The position numbers were made by a program, and so were the translations under genes. The notes under the pieces were generated by a model. That model was not told the DNA's origin. It made no database searches and saw only the letters and a program-made list of their open reading frames with translations. From a virus (taxonomy: Duplodnaviria; Caudoviricetes), in IMG/VR virus record IMGVR_UViG_3300050336_000030: a stretch of DNA of 64,000 nt; one strand, given 5' to 3'. Numbering within the stretch: position 1 is the first letter of the stretch; each line of letters starts with the position of its first letter. Of the stretch, positions 32,786 to 41,616 are shown piece by piece.

Positions 32786-32848
32786 TTACAAAGTTTAAAA
32801 AACAACATAAATGAGTCGTTTTATCTTGATTTAAGAAAGGAGCAAAGA

Positions 32849-33064
32849 ATGAGATTAATAGATGCAGATAGATTAAAAGAAGTGTTTGATAGGAATGTTG
32901 TAAGCGCAGGTGTTTGGAATGAAATTATTGATAATCAGCCTACTGCCTATGATGTGGGAAAAGTAGTAGGAAAATTAAAAGAGTCTGATTTTTATATAGA
33001 CCAAGAGCAATGCATAACCGTTGAGGATGCAATAAATATTGTGAAAGGTGGGTTAGAGGTATGA
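32849..33064 (+). CDS. small phage protein with MRLIDAD N-terminus
   Basis: MRLIDAD...IDNQPTAYD. Confidence 0.75.
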   Translation: MRLIDADRLKEVFDRNVVSAGVWNEIIDNQPTAYDVGKVVGKLKESDFYIDQEQCITVEDAINIVKGGLEV

Positions 33065-33522
33065 ATGAGATAAATTTATTGCGTTCTCTCTATAAAATGA
33101 GTTGCAATATGGTAGATGGAAGATTGAAAGGTGGATTTATTAATCACGATGACCCAGTGAATAAAGCTATTGATACTGCCATATCCGCCCTAGAAGCACA
33201 GCAAGCCGATAGGTGGATTTCCGTATCAAGTGGTAGACTTCCTAAGAATGAAGAAAGAGTTATGATATGTGCTAACAGAAAGACATATAAAGGAGATATA
33301 ATAAAAATAAGGACAATTGCAATGTATGAAGATGGTACGTTACATACTGACAATAGCGGTTATAATTGGAATGAATGTGAATTTGAGTACTGTGATGATA
33401 CTGAAGATTACATTATTCCAGAAGGATGGTGGGAACAAAGTATGTATTGTGAACAATTTGCCGCAGTAGATGATTTTGTTACACATTGGAAACCACTTGA
33501 CAAACCATGTAAGGAGGAATAA
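33061..33522 (+). CDS. DUF551-like phage protein
   Basis: WISV..RLP...VTHWKPL. Confidence 0.7.
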   Translation: MNEINLLRSLYKMSCNMVDGRLKGGFINHDDPVNKAIDTAISALEAQQADRWISVSSGRLPKNEERVMICANRKTYKGDIIKIRTIAMYEDGTLHTDNSGYNWNECEFEYCDDTEDYIIPEGWWEQSMYCEQFAAVDDFVTHWKPLDKPCKEE

Positions 33523-33794
33523 TGAACTGCGAATATTGTAAAGATAAATGTAACACTTGTATACATAAAGATGAACAAGTGGATATTTCAGATGAATGGG
33601 AAGATGAAGATCCGATTCTAATAGATGGTTGTGATCATGATTATAAAGACTGCGAAAGATATAAACCAGATGGATATTATTGCAAGATGTGTGGTTATCC
33701 AATTAAAGAAATTATAAACAGGCAACCATTACCGACTCCGCCATCCCCTTTAAAGATGTATGAAACATTAATAGGGAACACATTAAAACATTGA
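33522..33794 (+). CDS. Cys-rich hypothetical protein
   Basis: several CxxC motifs. Confidence 0.65.
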   Translation: MNCEYCKDKCNTCIHKDEQVDISDEWEDEDPILIDGCDHDYKDCERYKPDGYYCKMCGYPIKEIINRQPLPTPPSPLKMYETLIGNTLKH

Positions 33795-33809
33795 TTTGGA
33801 GGTGATCTT

Positions 33810-33995
33810 ACGGAAGATTTATTAAATAATTGCCCTAAATGTAATGGAGAAGCCGAAATAATAGGACATTATATAAAAGGAGTAGCTAATAGGTATCACT
33901 ATTTTGTTAAGTGTAAATCATGTAAGTTCAGAAAAAGTAATGAATATAAGAAAAGAGAAAAAGCAATATTCGCATGGAATAACCAGAGCAAATAA
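33810..33995 (+). CDS. Lar-family restriction-alleviation-like Zn protein with ACG start (or mutated start)
   Basis: CPKCNGEA...VKCKSC...KAIFAWN; GGAGG 7 nt upstream of ACG. Confidence 0.6.
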   Translation, partial: TEDLLNNCPKCNGEAEIIGHYIKGVANRYHYFVKCKSCKFRKSNEYKKREKAIFAWNNQSK

Positions 33996-34128
33996 GATTT
34001 TGATTAACAAGAAATACATAAATAATATTATATTATAATAGTTAATAATTTAGAACCAAAATATTGAATTGACATATAATAATCAAGTAATAGTAATATG
34101 TAACATAAATATAAGTCGGAGGATTATT

Positions 34129-34701
34129 ATGAACGAAAAATTTAATTATAATTTTTGTAAATATTCTTATGGTAAAAAAGAATTTGATTTTGATAGGTGT
34201 TATAAATGTGAAAAAACATGTCCTAGTGTAAGCAATTTACTTTGGACGATTCCAATAATAAATCAAATTAATAGTTTATATCACAAGATTTCTTGGAATT
34301 TTGAAGCAAAGAAATATGAAAAAGATAGTATAAATGAATACGAAACAAAATCAACGAAACATATATGGGGAATTAAATCCTGGGACGATTTAACGGGTAG
34401 CGATTGTAATTTATACACAATGAATGATATAGATTTAATTTATTGTAAAGACACAGACGATTACGTAATTAGTATTGAAACAATTTATGATTTTAGATCA
34501 GAAAATGGAGATAAAAAGTATCTACAAGAAATATTAGGAGCTTTCACACAATGGATGAATAATAATGGATATCAAACCAATCATAATCTTTTATTACATG
34601 AGATATTTACAAAAGGATATAATATTAATACTCATTTTAAAACAATAGAAGAATGTTATGCTAATTTTAAATTATTAGTAAATGGATATTGTAATGCATA
34701 G
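34129..34701 (+). CDS. hypothetical protein
   Basis: ATG behind GGAGG; TTGACA at 34069. Confidence 0.7.
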   Translation: MNEKFNYNFCKYSYGKKEFDFDRCYKCEKTCPSVSNLLWTIPIINQINSLYHKISWNFEAKKYEKDSINEYETKSTKHIWGIKSWDDLTGSDCNLYTMNDIDLIYCKDTDDYVISIETIYDFRSENGDKKYLQEILGAFTQWMNNNGYQTNHNLLLHEIFTKGYNINTHFKTIEECYANFKLLVNGYCNA

Positions 34702-34727
34702 AGATAGCGATATGAAACGATAAGGAT

Positions 34728-35483
34728 GTGATGATTATAAAATTTATGGGTTCTAAAAGCAGAATTGCAAAGTACATCGTTCCAATTATTCAACAATACA
34801 TAGATGAAAACAATATAGAGTACTATTATGATTCGATGTGCGGCGGATGTAATGTAATTGATAAAATTAAATGTAAACACAAGTATGCTTCGGATATCCA
34901 GGAATATTTAATTGAATTATATAAGAATCTCGACAAAATAGATGAGTTACCTGAGATGGTTACGAGAGAACATTATTCTGATGTACGAGATTGCTATAAT
35001 AAAGGATTAGATAAATACCCAAAGTGGTATGTTGGAATGGTTGGATTTTTAGCAAGTTATAATGGACGTTTCATGTCAGGAGGATATTCAGGCATAGTTA
35101 CCACTAAAACTGGAAAAGTAAGAAATTATTATGATGAAGCAAAAAGAAATCTTGAAACACAAATACCAAATTTACAAGATATAGAATTTTCATGTATGGA
35201 TTACAGGAATTTAAAACCCAAAGCGCGATCAGTTATTTATTTAGACCCGCAATATAAAGACACAAAACAATATGAAATGAGTAAAAACTTTAATCACAAA
35301 GAACTGTGGCAATGGGTTAGAAATATGAGTAAAGAACATACAGTAATAGTAAGCGAATGTCAAGCACCAGAAGATATGACTTGTATATGGCAGCAAGAAG
35401 TATTAAGGACAGTAGATAATACCAAAAGAGTTAAAAGTACAGAGAAGTTATTCATATATGATAGTAATATGAAACGAAAATAA
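34728..35483 (+). CDS. Dam-like DNA adenine methyltransferase
   Basis: FMGSK, CGG, YLDPQY (DPPY variant), SE, EKLF. Confidence 0.8.
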   Translation: MMIIKFMGSKSRIAKYIVPIIQQYIDENNIEYYYDSMCGGCNVIDKIKCKHKYASDIQEYLIELYKNLDKIDELPEMVTREHYSDVRDCYNKGLDKYPKWYVGMVGFLASYNGRFMSGGYSGIVTTKTGKVRNYYDEAKRNLETQIPNLQDIEFSCMDYRNLKPKARSVIYLDPQYKDTKQYEMSKNFNHKELWQWVRNMSKEHTVIVSECQAPEDMTCIWQQEVLRTVDNTKRVKSTEKLFIYDSNMKRK

Positions 35484-35500
35484 AAACTAAGGAGCCAACG

Positions 35501-36205
35501 ATGAGAAGAAAAAGTTTACTAAGTGGCAGCATTATTGTTATTGCCACGACAACACTTCTAATCTCTGAGTGGAGGGCACAATCACAACCGTCTTCCGTTC
35601 AATATGAGAGCAGAAGACTAATATCAATACAGAAAGAGGTTTATTATACCAATCCGGTGATTAGTAAACCGGAGCAAACGTCAGAAGACGATGATTATAA
35701 ATCTATTACTGTAACACCCACCCCTATAATAGTCGGAGAACGTGAGCTTGTTGGAATTGGTAGCACATTAGTATCCGACTTAAAGATAGAAAAGAAAGTT
35801 GAAAAACCTGTAATAAAAAACAGATGGAACATAGAGTTAACGGATGATGAAATAGATTTACTTGCAAGAATAGTATGGATAGAAAGTCGTGGAGAAAGCG
35901 ACGAAGGAGAATGTGGAGTAATTGAAGTTATATTAAATAGAATGATACATTGGGATTTTAAAGGTAGCTTATATGATGTGCTAAGTAAAGATGGAGAATT
36001 TTGTTCATGGAGTTTAAGAGACAAAGCAGAACCGACAGAGAAAGAATACAAAAATATCAAAAAAGTACTCAATGGAAAAACAGATATTTTAGGGTCTAAT
36101 AAAGTTTATTTTTCTACCAGTCCAAGAAATGATATAAATCCAAAACAAATAGGAAATCATTGGTTTTGTGACTACGAATATACAAACAAAGAAGATAAGA
36201 GGTGA
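35501..36205 (+). CDS. SleB/Hydrolase_2 cell-wall hydrolase with N-terminal anchor
   Basis: LLARIVWIESRGE, VILNR, IGNHWF. Confidence 0.85.
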   Translation: MRRKSLLSGSIIVIATTTLLISEWRAQSQPSSVQYESRRLISIQKEVYYTNPVISKPEQTSEDDDYKSITVTPTPIIVGERELVGIGSTLVSDLKIEKKVEKPVIKNRWNIELTDDEIDLLARIVWIESRGESDEGECGVIEVILNRMIHWDFKGSLYDVLSKDGEFCSWSLRDKAEPTEKEYKNIKKVLNGKTDILGSNKVYFSTSPRNDINPKQIGNHWFCDYEYTNKEDKR

Positions 36206-36931
36206 TACATATTAGAGATTTTTATGATACAGATAATGAGGAAAAATATTTATATGAAGAAAGACATTCATTAATTGAAGTAAATAGATGCAAGCACTGT
36301 GGCTGTCCGTTGATAAAAATGAATGAGTGTGGTGAAGCCTGGGGTAGCGATTACATAGAAGAACTTTGGATTTGTCCGGTCTGTGATTAAAGGAGGTATT
36401 ACATATGGGAGTATTGGTTATTTTAAGTGCCATTGCTTTAGTTGTTATAGTATGTGCTATAGCTGCAAGCATTGGAGATGATGAACTAGAAAGAGTTAAT
36501 CAAATCAATAAAGCTACATTGGAAGATTGTTTATTCAATAATATATTAGGATATAGTGCAGTTATTGAAAATGGTAAAGTAGTGGATTTTATTAACGAAA
36601 GAGATGAATTTATCAAATAACTATACACAATATATAGTGGTTAAAGAAATAATAAACACAATATATAGATATAAAATATGCATGAAACTAACGTTTTATC
36701 AAGATAAGAAAGGATATTATTAATATGAACAATAATTATTGGTGTACACATAAAGAATTACAGTCAATAGATGATATAAATAGATGCACATTAGGAAATA
36801 ATGGGTTTTACGATGTAACATCTTATTATAGATGCATGTGTTGTGGAAGAAAAATTAAAAAGCACGAACATCAAGAAGGTGATGAAAATGGAATTACAAA
36901 ATCAATAATAACAATTGAAGTAATAAGTTAA
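36202..36931 (+). other. small ORFs (36202-36390, 36405-36620 membrane protein, 36725-36931)
   Basis: ORFs with SDs. Confidence 0.6.
36625..36671. promoter_or_regulatory. tandem NrdR-box-like pair
   Basis: ACACAATATATAGTGG at 36625 and ACACAATATATAGATA at 36656, 31 bp apart. Confidence 0.7.
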
Positions 36932-36963
36932 CCAATGGAGTATTTGGTTTAGAAAGGAGAAAA

Positions 36964-37500
36964 ATGAATAATACAATAGTAGTGAATTTAATAGCAGCAC
37001 CCTCATCCGGTAAATCAACACTTATGGCTGACATATTTGCAAAATTAAAGTGGGAGAATATTGATTGCGAAATGGTTTCTGAATTTGCAAAAGAATTAGT
37101 TTGGGAAGAACGCCAGGAAACATTTAAAGATGAACTTTACATATTTGCAAAACAGAATCACAGATTATTTAGGGTTAATGGAAAAGTAGATGTAATCATT
37201 ACTGATAGACCTTTAATACTTACTATCTTTTATAATAATAAATATGGAAAATGTTCTAGAGCGCTGGATGATTTAGTTTATAGCGAATTTATGCAATATA
37301 ATAATTTAAACTATTTTATAAAACGTAAGAAACCATATAACCCTAATGGAAGAAATCAAACAGAAAAAGAATCGGATGAAATTGCCAATGAATTAATAAA
37401 TATACTTTATGATTATTCAATATATTTTAAAGTAGTAGATGGAGTACACGAAACAGCAGATTTGATTATAGAAGATATAAAAAAATATATAAATAAATAG
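36964..37500 (+). CDS. NadR/AAA_28-like P-loop kinase
   Basis: APSSGKST, EFAKE, ITDRP, GRNQ. Confidence 0.75.
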   Translation: MNNTIVVNLIAAPSSGKSTLMADIFAKLKWENIDCEMVSEFAKELVWEERQETFKDELYIFAKQNHRLFRVNGKVDVIITDRPLILTIFYNNKYGKCSRALDDLVYSEFMQYNNLNYFIKRKKPYNPNGRNQTEKESDEIANELINILYDYSIYFKVVDGVHETADLIIEDIKKYINK

Positions 37501-37525
37501 CAATATGAAACATAAGGAGAATTGA

Positions 37526-38173
37526 ATGAAAGTAATAGAATCAAATGTAGAAATATTAACTCCTATCAATGGAGAAGAAATATTAAAGTTAATTGAAATA
37601 ATAGCAAGAACTTGTTATAAAAGCGAAGATAAAATAACTAATGACTCAGCTAAGAAAATGATAGCAATGCTAATTAGAAATGGTCACGAGGCTATGCTAG
37701 AGCATTTTAATATTACGGTCAAATTCATCGTGGATAGGGGAATTTCACATGAAATAGTTAGACATAGAATGGCAAGCTATGCTCAAGAAAGTACAAGATA
37801 TTGTTCTTATGATAAAGATAAGTTTGGAAATGAAATTACAGTGATTAAGCCTATTGAGATTGAAAAATATAGTATACATGATATTTACACAAAAGAATAT
37901 ATTGAATGGCATAATTCTTGTAAAGCCGCTGAAGATTCATATTTCTATTTACTCAATCACGGGGTTAAACCACAATCAGCACGTTCAGTATTACCTACAT
38001 GTTTAAAAACTGAAATTGTTATGACCGCGAATTTAAGAGAACTAAGACATTTTCTTAAATTAAGGACAGATAAGGCGGCTCATCCAGATATACAACATGT
38101 ATCAAAAATGTTATTGAATAAATTAAGAAAATTAATTCCAGTAGTTTTTGATGATATTACAACGGAGGAATAA
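37526..38173 (+). CDS. thyX: FAD-dependent thymidylate synthase
   Basis: RHRMASYAQESTR signature. Confidence 0.95.
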   Translation: MKVIESNVEILTPINGEEILKLIEIIARTCYKSEDKITNDSAKKMIAMLIRNGHEAMLEHFNITVKFIVDRGISHEIVRHRMASYAQESTRYCSYDKDKFGNEITVIKPIEIEKYSIHDIYTKEYIEWHNSCKAAEDSYFYLLNHGVKPQSARSVLPTCLKTEIVMTANLRELRHFLKLRTDKAAHPDIQHVSKMLLNKLRKLIPVVFDDITTEE

Positions 38174-38175
38174 CT

Positions 38176-38706
38176 ATGAAGATAGTATTGATATCAGGGA
38201 AAGCTCAAAACGGGAAAGATCAATCCGCTATATTTTTAAAGGAATTGATGGAATTAGATGGGAAAAAAGTATTGTTAACACATTATGCAGATTTACTAAA
38301 ATACATATGCAAGACATTTTTTAACTGGAATGGTGAAAAGGATGTTTTAGGAAGACAAATTCTTCAAAGAGTTGGGACAGATGTCATAAGAAATCAAAAT
38401 CCTGATTACTGGGTAAACTTTATAAATGATTTCTTGTTTATGTTTCAAGACGAATGGGATTATGTTTTAATACCTGATTGTCGGTTTCCTAATGAAATTA
38501 ATAAAATGTTGGAATATGGATGGGATGTTTTTTCACTTAGAATCAATCGTATAGATTTTGAAAGTAATTTAACTGAAGAACAAAAAGAACATATATCGGA
38601 AACAGCATTAGACAATTATCAATTTGATTACATAATAAATACTATTAGCGATTTGGATTATCTTAGAAGCTATTTGACAACGATGTATAAGGAGGAATTA
38701 AACTAA
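38176..38706 (+). CDS. deoxynucleoside monophosphate kinase
   Basis: SGKAQNGKD, LQRVGT, DCRFPNE, HISE. Confidence 0.85.
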   Translation: MKIVLISGKAQNGKDQSAIFLKELMELDGKKVLLTHYADLLKYICKTFFNWNGEKDVLGRQILQRVGTDVIRNQNPDYWVNFINDFLFMFQDEWDYVLIPDCRFPNEINKMLEYGWDVFSLRINRIDFESNLTEEQKEHISETALDNYQFDYIINTISDLDYLRSYLTTMYKEELN

Positions 38707-38877
38707 ATGTCAACACAAGATGAAATTCTAAAATCTTTTGAGAAACAATGTAATATGATGAGAGATCAACTTATACATGGTTGCTATGAAAATGCTGTGA
38801 AATCAGCAGAAATTATGGCTACATGGTTAAAAGTTAAAGTAAACGAACTCGGAGAAAGGGATGGTGATTTACATTAA
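38707..38877 (+). CDS. 56-aa hypothetical protein
   Basis: manual translation MSTQDEILKS...; SD AAGGAGG. Confidence 0.6.
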   Translation: MSTQDEILKSFEKQCNMMRDQLIHGCYENAVKSAEIMATWLKVKVNELGERDGDLH

Positions 38878-39451
38878 AGATAAAATTAGTTTATTTGTTG
38901 ATTTCGATGGTACCCTTGTTAATAGTATAAAAAAAGTAGTAGAACTCTACGACCAAGATTATTCATCGCATGACAATTATAAAAATGTTCATTGGACTTC
39001 TATTGATTCATGGGATTTCAAAGAATTAAAATTGTTAAATAAAGAAGATGTTGATAACTACTTTTGTGATATTCGTTTCTTTCAAAATCTTGAATATATG
39101 GATTCCGCATATGAAGTAATTAATCGATTAAAAGATTGTTTTGATATATACATAGTAAGCATGGGGCTGACAGTTAATCTCGCATTAAAAAATACCTGGC
39201 TAAAAAAGAATTTACCCTTTGTCAAATTTATTGGGTGTAATTTTAACGACGTAAAAGATAAGTCTCATATTGATATGATTAACGGAATTTTGATAGATGA
39301 TGTTGCAGAAAATTTAGATTCGAGTAATTGTTTTGAGAAGATTGTCTTCGGGGATACTTATCCGTGGAATGCTGACAGCAAATATACGAGAATGTACAAT
39401 TGGACAGATTTAGAAAAGTATTTGATGAAGAAATATAAGTATAATGAATAG
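38861..39451 (+). CDS. 5'(3')-deoxyribonucleotidase (NT5C-like HAD)
   Basis: DFDGTL, K..WL, LIDD, YPWN. Confidence 0.85.
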   Translation: MVIYIKDKISLFVDFDGTLVNSIKKVVELYDQDYSSHDNYKNVHWTSIDSWDFKELKLLNKEDVDNYFCDIRFFQNLEYMDSAYEVINRLKDCFDIYIVSMGLTVNLALKNTWLKKNLPFVKFIGCNFNDVKDKSHIDMINGILIDDVAENLDSSNCFEKIVFGDTYPWNADSKYTRMYNWTDLEKYLMKKYKYNE

Positions 39452-39497
39452 CAAATAATCATAATTATGAGTAAGTAACTCAAAGGAGGAGTTTTTA

Positions 39498-39695
39498 TTG
39501 GCAATAAATGATTTAGATAAAATGTTAAAAGTGTCTGACATTCAAAAACATCTTGGAATCAGTAGAAAGAAAGCTTATTCATTAGTTTCTTTAAAAGGAT
39601 TTCCTAAAATACAAATAGGAAGAAATTTTTACATACCAGAAGAACAATACAAAAAATGGATAGATGAAAATTTAAAACATACTATTATTTTATAA
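39498..39695 (+). CDS. xis: excisionase-like HTH protein
   Basis: MLKVSDIQKHLGISRKKAYSL...FPKIQIG; next to attP. Confidence 0.75.
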   Translation: MAINDLDKMLKVSDIQKHLGISRKKAYSLVSLKGFPKIQIGRNFYIPEEQYKKWIDENLKHTIIL

Positions 39696-39703
39696 TAAAT
39701 TAG

Positions 39704-39735
39704 GGGTAGCATTTAGCTACCCTTTTCTTTTTTTA
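39704..39735. terminator. intrinsic terminator between xis and the tRNA
   Basis: GGGTAGC-ATTTA-GCTACCC followed by a T-tract. Confidence 0.75.
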
Positions 39736-39738
39736 TTA

Positions 39739-39811
39739 AGCTGAAAAAGGGACTTGAACCCTCGACCTACGCATTACGAGTGCGTCGCTCTACCATCTGA
39801 GCTATTTCAGC
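39739..39811 (-). tRNA. tRNA-Thr(CGT), CCA not encoded
   Basis: reverse complement GCTGAAATAGCTCAGATGGTAGAGCGACGCACTCGTAATGCGTAGGTCGAGGGTTCAAGTCCCTTTTTCAGCT folds as a cloverleaf. Confidence 0.93.
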
Positions 39812-39833
39812 ATATTCAATTATAAATCTAATT

Positions 39834-40118
39834 AGGGTAGAAAATAAGGTAGACAAACTTATAAGAAAGCCTAAACCTATTGATTTTACTACGAATGTTA
39901 AGAAGATAATACTTTCATTACGAGTGAATAGTTTATGGAATTTATTTTATATATACAATGTACTATTTACATTGAAAACACAGTGATTATGCATAATATA
40001 ACAGTTCTACATTCAAAAACATATACTATTAAGTGATACTTAATTATATCGAATTATATTACATATAGGGTAGAAACAGGGTAGAAAAATAGTAGATAAT
40101 ATAAAACTAGGGTAGAAA
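39834..40118. other. attP: core CATTACGAGTG (39916-39926) with arm-type repeats AGGGTAGAAA
   Basis: core identical to tRNA 39772-39782; arms at 39834, 40067, 40078, 40109; lies between xis and int. Confidence 0.75.
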
Positions 40119-40188
40119 AATATTTTTGCTTATGGTATAATATAATTATAGCTTGTCCACTGTATTTTGTAAATAGGGAGATGAAAGT

Positions 40189-41406
40189 ATGCCAGCAAAA
40201 AGAAGAAAAAATGGTGAAGGTTCATGGGGAGAAAAAAAGATTAAAGGAGTGGTTTATAAATATTTTAGAAAACAATATAACGATGTCGATAAATACTTTT
40301 ATGGAAAAACTGAAAAAGAAATCAAAGAAAAAATTAAAGCATATGAAAACGATAACTCAATTGTAATTGACAAAGATATTAAGAAACAAATATTTGGAGA
40401 CTACTTATTAAATTGGTTAAAGACTATTAAACAACCTGCTATTAAACGTAGAACATATGATAGTTACGAAGATATAATTAACGTACAAATCATAAACTAT
40501 AAAGGATTTGATATATCTGGTAAACAAATAGCAACATTAAGCGATGACATGTTTCAAAAATATTATAATGATTTAGCTTCTAAATATTCAAGGGCAACTA
40601 TAAGAAAAAATTACGTAATAGTCAAACAATGTCTAGACTATGCCCTTGATAAGAAACATATACTAGAAAACTATTTAGAAAAAGTAACTATACCATCTGA
40701 GGATCTTGTAAAAGTTAAGAAGAAAGAAATCCAATTTCTAACTGAATCAGATATGAATAAATTGTACGAAGAATCTAAACGAGTTAACACAGAGGGATTT
40801 AATTTTGGTGGTAAGATAGGAGAGCCCGTATATGGAATTAATGCATATGCAGTAGTTCTTATAATGTACACTGGAATGAGAATTGGCGAAGCAACAGCAT
40901 TAAAATGGGCAGATATAGATTTAGAAAATAAGTTTTTATACGTTAAAAAAAGTATTTCTTCTATAAAAAATCGAGACAAAAAAACCGAAGATGATCCTAA
41001 GTATATTAAAGAGGAAACAAGTGTTAAAACTAAATCTGGATATAGAGCCATACCATTGTCAGAACGTGCTATTGAAATGATTAATATATTAAGTGAGAAA
41101 AATCCAAACCATAAACCAAATGATAATGTATTCATTAATAAAAATGGGAATATGGTTAATCGTGCCAATGTTACAAGAACATTAAAAGCTATGCTTACCA
41201 GAGCTGAATGTGAAGTATCGGAATGTGGATTACATGCACTTCGTCATACTTTTGGTAGTTATTTAATATTACACAAAATTGATATTAAAGTGGTGTCTCA
41301 AATATTAGGACATAAAGATGTTACCGTCACATACAATATTTATGTTCATTTAATTGAACAGCAAATGATTGAAGCTGCTAATGTATTTGATAAAATCAAA
41401 ATATAA
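40189..41406 (+). CDS. int: tyrosine integrase
   Basis: RKNGEGS N-terminus, TGMRIGE, HALRHT, LGH, YNIY. Confidence 0.95.
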   Translation: MPAKRRKNGEGSWGEKKIKGVVYKYFRKQYNDVDKYFYGKTEKEIKEKIKAYENDNSIVIDKDIKKQIFGDYLLNWLKTIKQPAIKRRTYDSYEDIINVQIINYKGFDISGKQIATLSDDMFQKYYNDLASKYSRATIRKNYVIVKQCLDYALDKKHILENYLEKVTIPSEDLVKVKKKEIQFLTESDMNKLYEESKRVNTEGFNFGGKIGEPVYGINAYAVVLIMYTGMRIGEATALKWADIDLENKFLYVKKSISSIKNRDKKTEDDPKYIKEETSVKTKSGYRAIPLSERAIEMINILSEKNPNHKPNDNVFINKNGNMVNRANVTRTLKAMLTRAECEVSECGLHALRHTFGSYLILHKIDIKVVSQILGHKDVTVTYNIYVHLIEQQMIEAANVFDKIKI

Positions 41407-41462
41407 GTCGTAAAAAAATAAGGAGTAGAATTATTTCATCTACTCCTTAAATATTTTACGAC
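41407..41462. terminator. bidirectional terminator at the convergence of the two gene blocks
   Basis: TAAGGAGTAGA...TCTACTCCTTA inside GTCGTAAAA...TTTTACGAC. Confidence 0.7.
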
Positions 41463-41616
41463 TGTGACACATACGGTCATAAAGCAAAATACGCTTTATT
41501 CCCTTATTCTCCGGCTAAAAAACATAGCCGTCGAAAATAAAATTTGTCTAATTAAACGTGCTAATATAAATAATATAATGTATAAATATAATATTAACAT
41601 GTATAAATAGACAAAT

